Positions 25,284-34,444 of a stretch of 46,842 nt of DNA are shown here, one piece after another; the first letter of the stretch is position 1; the number at the start of each line of letters is the position of its first letter. The position numbers were made by a program, and so were the translations under genes. Under the pieces are notes generated by a model. That model did not search any database. It saw only the letters and a list, made by a program, of their open reading frames with translations, and had not been told where the DNA came from. Origin of the DNA: a virus. The stretch lies in IMG/VR virus record IMGVR_UViG_3300028871_000005. One strand, 5' to 3'.

Positions 25284-26459
25284 ATGGCCCGGGCGCTGAA
25301 TCGCTTGTCGGCGCGTCGCGTGGCGACTGTGGCCGAACCTGGATATTACGCGGATGGTGGAGGCTTGTATCTACAGGTGACGGCCACGCTGTCTAAGTCG
25401 TGGATCTTCCGATTCACTCGAGCTGGAAAGACTCGAGATATGGGACTGGGTGCATTGCACACCGTCAGCCTTGTTGAAGCTCGAGCCGCGGCGTTGCTTG
25501 CACGCAAAGCAAAGCTCGAGGGTATCGACCCGCTCGAGGCGAGGAAGGCAGCTAACGCGACCCGGGCTTCGATCCCAACATTCGCCGAGGCAGCGCTCGA
25601 GTACATCGCCAGTCAGCGAAAGTCATGGACGAATCCGAAGCACGCCGCCCAGTGGCAATCGACGCTCGAACTTTACGCATTCCCGTTCATCGGATCAAAG
25701 CCGGTTGACGCGATCGACACAGCTGACGTTCTCGAGATACTTCGGCCTGTGTGGGAGACCAAGACGGAGACGGCGACTCGAGTAAGGCAGCGTGTAGAGG
25801 CGGTGCTTGATGCCCAGTATGCCCAGCGGCATTGGGATAGGCAGAACCCGGCACGATGGCGTGGTCACCTCGCCAAGCTGCTACCGAAGCCCTCAAGCGT
25901 GCGCGCGGTGCGCCACTTTCCTGCAATGCCCTATCTCGAGATGCCTGCATTCATGGCGACGCTGCGCGCTGACACGGCTATCTCCGCCCGAGCGCTCGAG
26001 TTCCTTATCCTCACAGCCTCGCGCACGAACATGGTCAGCAAAGCGCGCTGGCTCGAGATTGCCGGCGACACTTGGACCATACCGAAAGAGCGCATGAAGG
26101 CGAAGCGTGTTCACCCTGTCCCGCTGACGGACGCAGCAATAGCCGTGCTCGAGCGGACCCCACGATTGCGCGGAGGTCTTTTCATCTTCCCGGGGGACCG
26201 TGGCCTGAAAGCCCATATGTCGAACGCCGCCATGGACAAGCTGCTCGAGCGCATTGGCTTCGCACGCTTCACCGTGCACGGCTTCCGCTCAACGTTTAAG
26301 GATTGGGCGACCGAACGAACCGACTTCCCCAACGAGGTCAGCGAGTCGGCGCTGGCGCATGTGGTCAAGGACAAAACCGAAGCCGCTTACCGCCGAGGCG
26401 ACTTGCTCGAGAAGCGACGCCAGCTGATGCAGGCCTGGGCTGATTACCTCACCCCCTGA
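25284..26459 (+). CDS. int: Tyrosine integrase, P4-like (DUF4102-type N-terminus)
   Basis: N-terminal LSARRVATVAEPGYYADGGGLYLQV. Catalytic residues are in ASRTN, HGFRSTF, LAH and AAYRRGD. Start at MARALNRL. The track's longer N-terminus looks non-coding. Confidence 0.9.
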   Translation: MARALNRLSARRVATVAEPGYYADGGGLYLQVTATLSKSWIFRFTRAGKTRDMGLGALHTVSLVEARAAALLARKAKLEGIDPLEARKAANATRASIPTFAEAALEYIASQRKSWTNPKHAAQWQSTLELYAFPFIGSKPVDAIDTADVLEILRPVWETKTETATRVRQRVEAVLDAQYAQRHWDRQNPARWRGHLAKLLPKPSSVRAVRHFPAMPYLEMPAFMATLRADTAISARALEFLILTASRTNMVSKARWLEIAGDTWTIPKERMKAKRVHPVPLTDAAIAVLERTPRLRGGLFIFPGDRGLKAHMSNAAMDKLLERIGFARFTVHGFRSTFKDWATERTDFPNEVSESALAHVVKDKTEAAYRRGDLLEKRRQLMQAWADYLTP

Positions 26460-26484
26460 GACACCGCCCCGCTACCCTGCCGCC

Positions 26485-26817
26485 ATGGGCAGACACATCG
26501 AAAAATCCCTCTTCGGACCCGGATCGGCCTGCGACAACTGCAACCGGGTGAACTGGGACATGGGCAGCGAGGGATCGCTTTGCTACTACTGCAAGGCTGG
26601 GATCTTCATGCACCGGTCGTTATGGTGGTATACGTTCAACGATCAGGACGAGCTCATCGACGTCTCACCCCGGTCAGAGATCACCGAGGCAGAGGTGCAC
26701 GAGGAGTGGCTCCGGCTGGCTGACAAGTACTCGAAATACCCGACGACGATGCCGCAGCAGCTGCGGGAGATGCTGGCCAGCCTCATCTATTCGAAGACTG
26801 CAACGCCGCCAGAGTGA
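26485..26817 (+). CDS. Hypothetical zinc-ribbon-like protein downstream of int
   Basis: CDNC-x14-CYYC motif in a 110 aa ORF, 26 nt after the int stop. Confidence 0.5.
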   Translation: MGRHIEKSLFGPGSACDNCNRVNWDMGSEGSLCYYCKAGIFMHRSLWWYTFNDQDELIDVSPRSEITEAEVHEEWLRLADKYSKYPTTMPQQLREMLASLIYSKTATPPE

Positions 26818-26830
26818 CGCCCGGCATGGC

Positions 26831-27448
26831 CTAACCTACCGATGAAAAACCCGATGGTGGAGCATATGTTTGACTGGCTGTTGAAAAGTAAATCTCAGCA
26901 GCGCCGCCCACGTCAAACATGTCAATGGTAGGAAACCATGTGCCGGAAGCGATGCCCGTAATGGAAGGGTTAATGCCTGTCGCAGGGTTGGCTGGGAAAA
27001 TCCAGCTACCCAATAAACCTACCCAAAATTCACCCGCATCTGCGTCAAAAGCGAACATGACGCGTTGACCCACATCAAAATTTGGACCCCCACCGAAAGA
27101 AGAAACGGGACCGCCATTGTGATAAATCTGTCCGTTGATGCCGTTATAGCCATAGCCATAGACGGTTCCACCAGCCTCTTGGTTTAATGGCGCAGATGAC
27201 GTTGTGATTGCCGCTATCTCTCGCGAGTTGGGCATGGAAGCGGTCATCTGTACTTCCCAATACCACTTTCCCGAAGAAAGACCACGCGTTGATCGAACAA
27301 TGCAATGGTAGTCTGATCCTCCCTTTGTAACGACGAGATTCCCGTCGCTAAGAGTCAGCGATGAATCCTTGTCGGCTGGGTTTAGCGTGGATGGCGGGTA
27401 AACCGTCTGCTGGTGATTTTGTCGGCAACGCGCAGCAAAAATACTCAT
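26831..27448 (-). CDS. SPRY-domain protein, last gene of the tail-fiber module
   Basis: LNPADKDSSLTLSDGNLVV...GLSSGKWYWEV...GYGYNGINGQIYHNG...GQRVMFAFDADAGEFWVGLLGSW is a B30.2/SPRY-like pattern. ATGA coupling to the fiber gene. Confidence 0.65.
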   Translation of the reverse strand: MSIFAARCRQNHQQTVYPPSTLNPADKDSSLTLSDGNLVVTKGGSDYHCIVRSTRGLSSGKWYWEVQMTASMPNSREIAAITTSSAPLNQEAGGTVYGYGYNGINGQIYHNGGPVSSFGGGPNFDVGQRVMFAFDADAGEFWVGLLGSWIFPANPATGINPSITGIASGTWFPTIDMFDVGGAAEIYFSTASQTYAPPSGFSSVG

Positions 27449-28497
27449 AGAATCTGCCAGATATCGGTAGCTACCTGCCGGGCATAGCGCGAGTCAAACT
27501 GTGCCGTTGTCGCCACGCCCCACGCGTCCACAAAGGTTACGCCCGTACCAGCAACGAACGTGACGGCACCCGTACCCCATGCTGACATGATGATCTGCGA
27601 TCCTATCGGAGCCGCTACGGAGCTATTGGGAGGAATCGTCACGGACTGGGCGCTTGAGCTGGTGATCTGGATATCAACAATGTTCCCGTTTGTCGGGAAA
27701 TCGGATAGCGCAAGTGTATAACTTCCCGTTTGCGGATTGATGACGACAAGTGATTGACCGCCCGCGCCGGGAGCCACGTAAGACAAAACGCCACCCGAGA
27801 CGCCTAGAACGGTTCCGTTAACCCCGATACCCAATCGCGTAGGCGCGCCACCCGAACCGCCAACGATCAAATCCCCGGCGGTTGTAATGGGCGTGGGCGT
27901 ATTACCCCATACCACGGTGGTTCCATTACTCAGAAGAACCTTCCCCGATGCACCAAGCCCAAGACGTATGGGAGCGCCTGCCGTTGAGCCAATAATGACA
28001 TCACCAACGGCCGTCATCGGGTTAACCAGCGCGGCGGATGTCTGCCATGAAGGAAGTCCGTCAACCACTGTCAAAACTTGTCCGCCTGATCCAATGGCTA
28101 AACGGCTAGGGTTTCCTGCGGTAATGCCGTAAATCATGTCACCCGGCGTTGTCATCGGGTTCGCCAGAGGTGAGCTTGTTGCTGCAACCACCCATGCCTC
28201 ATCCTGTCGGCCGTAGATATTGCCGTCACTGGGTGCGTCGGGAATGCCGGCCACCGTGCTAATGACTGGATTTCGCGGGTCGGTATTGTCTACAGTGACA
28301 TTGGCACCTTGAACCAGACTGGCTACGTAATTCCCGCCGTTAAGCGTGGTGGTATTGACGTTCGTAAACGTCGCTTCTTCTGGCGTGGTTCCACCGATAA
28401 CAGTACCGTCAACCGTTCCGCCCGTTGTAACGAGCGAATCCGTGACAACGGCTTCAGCAGTGACGTTTTGAAAAACGGGCGACGGATAAGTACTCAT
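27445..28497 (-). CDS. Tail fiber protein with three tandem about 40-aa repeats
   Basis: The motif NPMT..GD.I.G...G.P.RL..G..G.VL....G...W is repeated three times, which is a common fiber repeat. Confidence 0.7.
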   Translation of the reverse strand: MSTYPSPVFQNVTAEAVVTDSLVTTGGTVDGTVIGGTTPEEATFTNVNTTTLNGGNYVASLVQGANVTVDNTDPRNPVISTVAGIPDAPSDGNIYGRQDEAWVVAATSSPLANPMTTPGDMIYGITAGNPSRLAIGSGGQVLTVVDGLPSWQTSAALVNPMTAVGDVIIGSTAGAPIRLGLGASGKVLLSNGTTVVWGNTPTPITTAGDLIVGGSGGAPTRLGIGVNGTVLGVSGGVLSYVAPGAGGQSLVVINPQTGSYTLALSDFPTNGNIVDIQITSSSAQSVTIPPNSSVAAPIGSQIIMSAWGTGAVTFVAGTGVTFVDAWGVATTAQFDSRYARQVATDIWQIL

Positions 28498-28539
28498 GCA
28501 TTTTTCTCGATGTGTTTAAATAAATGGATGAGATAATTC

Positions 28540-29169
28540 TCAGTAGCCCAAAGCGCGGTAAAAAACGCCCCACTCTGATCCCGCGCCACCATGGGTACTC
28601 TGAATATGGATCGTGGATAGCGTGTTCGGTGCTGCACCTAAAGAACCAGATCCCGTTGGAATCGTTCCAGCGAGGTAACTTGCAACCGTCGAAAGCGTTA
28701 CAGTGGGAAATGGGATGGGCAAAGTGACTGTTGTTATAGCGCCATTACCAGCGACTCCAGTCTCACCCCATTGCTCGATAAAAAAACCCGTAGGGCTATT
28801 TGGATCGGGATACTTTTTCCATCCAGACCCAGCCAATAAAGAAGCAAACTGCGGAAGCTGAGTCGCATTTTTCATCTGCCCAGCCGTCGGAGCGCTGAAG
28901 GCGAAGTCACCGACATTCCAAGCCAGTGCATGCGTCCCCTCTTGCCCTCGCAATAAGCCCGAAAGGGTTGATCCTGAAATAGCCGTGGCATACACGATCT
29001 CGAAGTTCTGCTGTGTCGCCGAATCGTTTAGCGTGATGGCGATGCAATACCCGGACGGTATGGATGCGGGAAGCCCAAAAGCACTCGAAAGCGTCAGGCT
29101 GGTCGCTGAACTCGAAATTGATCCGGCAAGTTGCGTATTGACGTTATTGGCGAAGACGAAAAGTGTCAT
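28540..29169 (-). CDS. Tail fiber / receptor-binding protein
   Basis: The N-terminus ANNVNTQLAGSISSSATSLTLSS...LRGQEGT.A..W is typical of fiber N-domains. The C-terminus has a WGETGVAG...VTLPIPFP-type domain. Confidence 0.6.
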   Translation of the reverse strand: MTLFVFANNVNTQLAGSISSSATSLTLSSAFGLPASIPSGYCIAITLNDSATQQNFEIVYATAISGSTLSGLLRGQEGTHALAWNVGDFAFSAPTAGQMKNATQLPQFASLLAGSGWKKYPDPNSPTGFFIEQWGETGVAGNGAITTVTLPIPFPTVTLSTVASYLAGTIPTGSGSLGAAPNTLSTIHIQSTHGGAGSEWGVFYRALGY

Positions 29170-29172
29170 GGT

Positions 29173-30078
29173 TTACCCTGCGGAAATACAGATGAGGCCG
29201 GCGTTGTTCCACAGCTGCCCGTTATTGGCTGGGTCGTTGAATGGAAGATTTCCGCCGCCTAGCGAAAGCAAGCCGGGTGCGGTGAGTCCAGCAAAATAGA
29301 CAGGCGGGGCAGACGGATTCGGTGTGACGCCAGGTACGACGGCGACCGTTCCGCCGTTGTACCAAACAGCACCCGCAGCCAACCCGTAATCGGACAGCGG
29401 GTAGTCCGATACCGATGTCATCTGAAGCACGCCGCCATCGTTGAGAAAGACGAGGGCGAGGAACGACATCGTGTACTGAAAGGGAAACGACAAATAGCCG
29501 TTGGCATACGCCAGTTGCAGGGCGGTGTAGATGTCCCCGGCATAGGCGGTGACGGTAAAAACGGTCCCTGAGACAGTGATCGATGGCGGATTTTCTTGAA
29601 CGGTGTAATCCGTCCCATTGGGTCCATTCAAAAAACGATTGATCCTATTTTTCATCCATCCCATCGTGAAATACTGACCGTCTCCGCGATACATGTTCCA
29701 CGTCATCACGCGCTTGTAGATGTCGTCGTTGGCCGTGATAGCCGAACCGCTGCTGAGATAACTGGCAGCGTCGTACGCAATCGTGTTGTAGGCCGCGGAG
29801 TCATAGCCGGCGATGACCGTTGAAGCTTCCGTGGAAAGCACCGGCCGGCTGATATCGTAGATGCCCTGTGCCGTCCAGTCGAGCAGCGGACCACTGACAG
29901 CTGGCGCCGTGTAGAGCGCCAGTGGCGTCTGGTTGAACCAGGTCAAATAGGACTGCGCCAGCGCGTTTTGCGATGCGACGAAGGCCTGCAAATCCTCATC
30001 GTCGGAATACTCAAGATACAAATAGCTGTTGATCGGCGCTTGCAGAGGCACCGTGGCGAAGGACTCGATCTGTGCCAT
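29173..30078 (-). CDS. Baseplate / fiber-attachment structural protein
   Basis: 301 aa between the baseplate J-like gene and the fibers. Assigned by position only. Confidence 0.4.
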   Translation of the reverse strand: MAQIESFATVPLQAPINSYLYLEYSDDEDLQAFVASQNALAQSYLTWFNQTPLALYTAPAVSGPLLDWTAQGIYDISRPVLSTEASTVIAGYDSAAYNTIAYDAASYLSSGSAITANDDIYKRVMTWNMYRGDGQYFTMGWMKNRINRFLNGPNGTDYTVQENPPSITVSGTVFTVTAYAGDIYTALQLAYANGYLSFPFQYTMSFLALVFLNDGGVLQMTSVSDYPLSDYGLAAGAVWYNGGTVAVVPGVTPNPSAPPVYFAGLTAPGLLSLGGGNLPFNDPANNGQLWNNAGLICISAG

Positions 30079-30079
30079 G

Positions 30080-31486
30080 TCAGCCCTGCGCGACCGTCAC
30101 GCCAGCGGCGGAACAGAAGAAGTAGGATTCCGGATCGGAGGCGATGATGCTGGTACCGGCCGTGGGCGTCGCCACCACGCCATTGATCGTTACGGTGAAA
30201 ATCAACGTGGTGATGTTCGGTGCGGAAATGATCGAGGCCACAGCCTGCTGAAAGACGGCCGTCGCTTCCAAGAGGTTGATCGGCTGACCGACGAACACGC
30301 CGTTGATGTAGGACTGAAGCGCGGGAGCGGCCAGCTGATTGACCGACAGTCCGGCCGTAAAGCTGGGCAGCGTGGTGTTCCACGTCACATCGATCGTCAC
30401 CGTCTGTTGTGGCGGATTGACGAAAGGAATCGTATAGCTGTCTGGGTTCTGGAAAACGGTAGCCGACACGTTACGCGGGTTCGGCGTCAGCTTGGCGCCC
30501 GACGTATAAGTGCCAAAGGCTGACCCGTTCGTCGTCGTCGTGATCGTGGTCGGCGTGACCGACGCCACCGTATAGGAGGCATTGAAGCCTGCCGGCGTTG
30601 CGCCCGACACCACCACCGTCTGGCCGACGGTGTAGCCGTGATTGAGGTTCGTCGTGATGACGACTGGATTGGCTTCCGTCATCTCGGTGATGGCGAGCTG
30701 CGATCCCTGCAGCGTGGCGATGTCTGGAACGCCCTGCAGAATCGCTGTGGCGACCGAATAGGCATCGCCGCCGCCGCAGATGATCTGCCATCCGCCTGCG
30801 ACCTGGTTGATGGACACCAGCTGCTGCTGCACGCCGATGATCTTTTCAAGTAGCGTCTTGACGTATGCTGGCGTGCCTGTGGAACCGACGACACTAGCCT
30901 GTAGAACACGGGCTCGATAGCTCTGCACGCTCTCTGCGGCGGCTGACGCTACGCCAGCCTCCGGGTTGTTCACGGTGACCGCATAGGCGCTGGGAACGGA
31001 GGTGATGAGCTTGGTGACGCTGTTCGCCGGAATGGCGAAGCTGCCAGAGTTGGAAGCGACGGCGAAGAGCTGTGGCGAAAGTCCGTTGGACTCAATCACG
31101 CCACCGTCTTGCAGGACATATTGGTTCGTTCCATCACCGACAGTGAAGCCAGGCTGGAGAACGTAACCCGCAGGACCAGCGAAAACGACAAAGACACTGG
31201 CGTTCGATGGGAGGCCCTGGGGAATGCCGAACTGCGCACCCAGAAAATTCAGGATGAAGGCATTGCAACCATACGGCGTGACATCGTTCACCGCCTCGAC
31301 GCGCGCCTGATCCATTGTGACAAGGGCGCCCACGTCCGTGGACGAGATGTCCTCGATCAGCGAGCCGGGAAGATTCGCGGTGTAGTCGGGGTTGGTCGCC
31401 GCTACACCCGTGATCAGCGCGTCATGCAGGGCATCGGGAGACGTTGCCAGCGGACCGGTGCTGGTCATGATCAAGGGAAGCGTCAT
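30080..31486 (-). CDS. Baseplate J-like protein
   Basis: 468 aa. Size and position (after the spike and a small wedge protein) fit the baseplate J family. Assignment from synteny. Confidence 0.5.
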   Translation of the reverse strand: MTLPLIMTSTGPLATSPDALHDALITGVAATNPDYTANLPGSLIEDISSTDVGALVTMDQARVEAVNDVTPYGCNAFILNFLGAQFGIPQGLPSNASVFVVFAGPAGYVLQPGFTVGDGTNQYVLQDGGVIESNGLSPQLFAVASNSGSFAIPANSVTKLITSVPSAYAVTVNNPEAGVASAAAESVQSYRARVLQASVVGSTGTPAYVKTLLEKIIGVQQQLVSINQVAGGWQIICGGGDAYSVATAILQGVPDIATLQGSQLAITEMTEANPVVITTNLNHGYTVGQTVVVSGATPAGFNASYTVASVTPTTITTTTNGSAFGTYTSGAKLTPNPRNVSATVFQNPDSYTIPFVNPPQQTVTIDVTWNTTLPSFTAGLSVNQLAAPALQSYINGVFVGQPINLLEATAVFQQAVASIISAPNITTLIFTVTINGVVATPTAGTSIIASDPESYFFCSAAGVTVAQG

Positions 31487-31812
31487 GTGGCTATCGTCTC
31501 GTTGAGAATGGACCCGCTAAAGGTCACGGCGTTGACGTTGTAGAGCGGCGCCGCGGAGGTCTGCACGCGGCTGATCGTCAGGCCAGCAAAGAACGGTGAA
31601 AACTGGGTCTGCGTCATCATGGCGTAGTAGTCCGGCATGACTTGCGTCTGTATCGTCTGGTACTGCGGGATGCCATACGAGGCATAGAACGGGCTCTCGC
31701 CGAGGTTCAATTTCAGTACCTGGGCCAACGTTGTCAGATAGACGTTCTCGTTGTAGCCGTTGGCGTCGGTCTGGATGACGACCCACGTCTTGCTGCCATC
31801 GGGGTTGGTCAC
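31483..31812 (-). CDS. Small baseplate protein (109 aa)
   Basis: GTG start with GGAAGAG immediately upstream. Overlaps the J-like gene by 4 nt. Confidence 0.4.
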   Translation of the reverse strand: MTNPDGSKTWVVIQTDANGYNENVYLTTLAQVLKLNLGESPFYASYGIPQYQTIQTQVMPDYYAMMTQTQFSPFFAGLTISRVQTSAAPLYNVNAVTFSGSILNETIAT

Positions 31813-31840
31813 TCTTCCATAGGTGCGAATGACACGTCTC

Positions 31841-31867
31841 CCAAAGAAAAACCCCGCTAGGCGGGGT
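31841..31867 (-). terminator. Intrinsic terminator inside the tail operon
   Basis: The minus strand reads ACCCCGC-CTA-GCGGGGT followed by TTTTCTTTGGG. It starts 17 nt after the spike gene stop. Confidence 0.65.
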
Positions 31868-31883
31868 CGTGAATGGCGAATGT

Positions 31884-32483
31884 TTACGGAACAGGAGGGC
31901 CGGAGTCCGACGATCCGGTTTGCACCAAGCTATGCATATGCGTCTCGAACAGAATGCCGTCGATCATGAAACCGGTCGAGTTCAGGGTGACGACTTTTCC
32001 GCCGAAAGTCAGGGTGATGCCTGATGTACTCACTTCGATTTTTGACGTGCCATCCTCTGTCTCGATAACCGCGCCTTCAGGACCGGAAATATAGGCCGCG
32101 TTCTGGTTTACCGATGGATAGTCGGAGCTACCGCATGGAATGAACTGAAGGGATGAAAGATTCCCTTGCGATGTAAGCGTAGCAACGCCTGTTCCCAACC
32201 CTGATATGCCAGCGATAGATGCATCAGCCGGAACCGTCATGCCCTTGTCGCCGGGCTGAATAGGCATGCGCATCCATTTGCTCTGCGCAATCGGTATCTT
32301 GATTTGTGGAAGCGTGAATTTTCCCGCGTCAACTTCAAACTTTACCGTGACAATTGATCCATTGACCGAAACGACAGAGCACGGAAGAGCCCTTCCCGTT
32401 TTCTTTATCACCTGCTGAGCTCGCGTAATGGCCTGCTGGTTGGTATTTTTCTGCAGCCAGAGCTTGGCGTAGTTGTCAGCCAT
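31884..32483 (-). CDS. Baseplate central spike (gpV-like)
   Basis: 199 aa. The N-terminal OB-like segment LPCSVVSVNGSIVTVKFEV...PIQPGDKGMTVP and the position fit a gpV/gp45-type spike. Confidence 0.55.
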   Translation of the reverse strand: MADNYAKLWLQKNTNQQAITRAQQVIKKTGRALPCSVVSVNGSIVTVKFEVDAGKFTLPQIKIPIAQSKWMRMPIQPGDKGMTVPADASIAGISGLGTGVATLTSQGNLSSLQFIPCGSSDYPSVNQNAAYISGPEGAVIETEDGTSKIEVSTSGITLTFGGKVVTLNSTGFMIDGILFETHMHSLVQTGSSDSGPPVP

Positions 32484-33432
32484 TCGTCACCATGTTGAAT
32501 ACGGTCGCCCAGCTTCCAGCATCAGATGATCGGAAATTCCCGATGTGCCTGAGCTCGGTCACGGTGAAGCTACCCGTGAAAGTGCTTTTGTACTTGTTGC
32601 TAGATGGCAGCGAGGCGCCCGTGGTCGTGATGATTCCTGGTGCGTTCTGCAGGCCTTGCGGCATCGTTACAATTGACCCGAGCTGAAGATCCGCCCTCAT
32701 TACCGTCTTGATCTGGATGATGTTGCTATCGATCCATGTTGGCTGGCCGATGAAATCCAAAAAATTAAGCTGGATCGGCGCTGGCTGGTAGGTCTTATCG
32801 AAAGCGGTAACCTTACCTGCCTGAATTGCTATTTCGATTCGATTCTTGAACGTGTCCTCAGTGAAGTCACCGATGAACTGCGCCATCTCGTCCAGAGTCC
32901 CGCAAAAATGCGTCTGGTCCGAAGATGCGTTGATGTTGGGACTGATATTCACCGTCACCGGCATGTTCGGATAGGCCACCGACAGCGTTTGCTTCAACGC
33001 ATCGGCGAGGCTTGTCCCTTGCTTCCAGTCCAGAACAAAGTTGCCCGGGTTGTCGTTTGTGAAGGTCGACGGCAGCAGGACAAAGTCCAGCGTCATCTCG
33101 GTACCGATCCAGTTGCCAAACGACTGGAATATCTGCCCACTGACGAGGATGCCGGCCTGCGCGGGATTGACCAGCGGAAAGCCCGGCATCATGCCGCCCT
33201 TCATCACCAGGTTCATGCCGGCGAACTGCTGCGCCTGGTTCAAGTCCTGCAGCGAGATACCTTCGATCGTCAGCGTTTGACCGCCCGATGGCGTGCCATT
33301 CGGTAGCACCGGCATGTCGAACTCGATATTGAGCGCGCCGGGATCGTATTGCCCATTGGGATAGGAGCTGTACGTCCTGAAAGCCGCACCACCTGCAGCT
33401 GGCGTAATCGCAATATCGTAGTAACGCCCCAT
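32476..33432 (-). CDS. Baseplate hub-like protein
   Basis: 318 aa directly upstream of the spike. Positional call. Confidence 0.4.
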   Translation of the reverse strand: MGRYYDIAITPAAGGAAFRTYSSYPNGQYDPGALNIEFDMPVLPNGTPSGGQTLTIEGISLQDLNQAQQFAGMNLVMKGGMMPGFPLVNPAQAGILVSGQIFQSFGNWIGTEMTLDFVLLPSTFTNDNPGNFVLDWKQGTSLADALKQTLSVAYPNMPVTVNISPNINASSDQTHFCGTLDEMAQFIGDFTEDTFKNRIEIAIQAGKVTAFDKTYQPAPIQLNFLDFIGQPTWIDSNIIQIKTVMRADLQLGSIVTMPQGLQNAPGIITTTGASLPSSNKYKSTFTGSFTVTELRHIGNFRSSDAGSWATVFNMVTNG

Positions 33433-33704
33433 TACGGAGTGACCTCAAAATTACCCGTGTCTTCGCGAAAAACCAGTTTTGACGTGCTGAAGATGCCCGG
33501 CGCCATCGGGGTATCACTATCCAGCGGCGAACCGATCAGGCCGCCCGACCAAAGAACCGACCCGCTCTGATCAGTCAGCGTCAGATACCAGCGCTGCCCC
33601 GCGATGTTCCACGTCACTGCGCCGGTGTAACTCACGCCATCCAGCGTCATCTGCGCCGAGAACGGCGGATTGCTGTTCGTGTTGATCTGCAGAGGAATGA
33701 TCAT
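33432..33704 (-). CDS. Small tail/baseplate protein (90 aa)
   Basis: ORF coupled to both neighbours. Confidence 0.4.
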   Translation of the reverse strand: MIIPLQINTNSNPPFSAQMTLDGVSYTGAVTWNIAGQRWYLTLTDQSGSVLWSGGLIGSPLDSDTPMAPGIFSTSKLVFREDTGNFEVTP

Positions 33705-34444
33705 GGGCTGATCGGGTACGTGATGGTCGAGCCAACGCTATTGGTCGGTGAGGCACCCTGCGCCACGCCACCGGCTGGGCCCACGCCGGGTAGTTGATTC
33801 GGGCCGATCTGCTGTCCCGATGACACTTTGGCGTACAGCGCGTTATAGGCGGATGTGGCTGCTTGCTGCGTCAGCAAAGGTTGTATGAAATCCCACTGGA
33901 ATATCACCTGCTTCTGCTTCGTCTCGCCCGACGTGATGTCCTGCATCGCCGTCAGCAGGCAATTCGTATAGATAAAGGCGGGCGTGGCGACGTTGTAGGT
34001 TCCACCCGCGTTGTTATGGGCCTGAAGCGCGTTCTGCAGTGAGGTGAAGTTCGCCAGCTTGCTGTTGTAGCCGCCCGCATCCCTGACCGGAGCGATCATC
34101 ATCACCGACACATTCAGCGGGTTCTGAATCAGCGCATTCGCGGCGACCTGTTGATTAGCGAAGGGGTACGTCCCGATCGCATTGGATATCAGCGTCCCGC
34201 CCGGGATGACGATGTAACGCGCCAGGTAATTGTCCAGGCCGCCGAGAAGCGACGCCGTGCCATTGATCGCCGTGGATTGGCCGAACAGAGAGATGATCGG
34301 CATCTGGCCGCCGGCCGCATTTGCCGCAATCCCGCCCACCAGAATGATCGGCGATATCTGGTAGGACATGTCGTAATCCGACACGCCAGAGGGAATCAGT
34401 CCCGATGAAAGGGCTTCCGACACAATGGATGGAATGGCGCTCAT
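33701..34444 (-). CDS. Tail structural protein (247 aa)
   Basis: ORF directly after the tape-measure gene, with a 4-nt overlap. Confidence 0.45.
   Translation of the reverse strand: MSAIPSIVSEALSSGLIPSGVSDYDMSYQISPIILVGGIAANAAGGQMPIISLFGQSTAINGTASLLGGLDNYLARYIVIPGGTLISNAIGTYPFANQQVAANALIQNPLNVSVMMIAPVRDAGGYNSKLANFTSLQNALQAHNNAGGTYNVATPAFIYTNCLLTAMQDITSGETKQKQVIFQWDFIQPLLTQQAATSAYNALYAKVSSGQQIGPNQLPGVGPAGGVAQGASPTNSVGSTITYPISP

Noticed and set aside
27445-28497. Repeats in the tail fiber as a possible diversity-generating target
   Set aside because: They are three diverged about 40-aa protein repeats of a common fiber motif. No cognate template repeat or RT is present.
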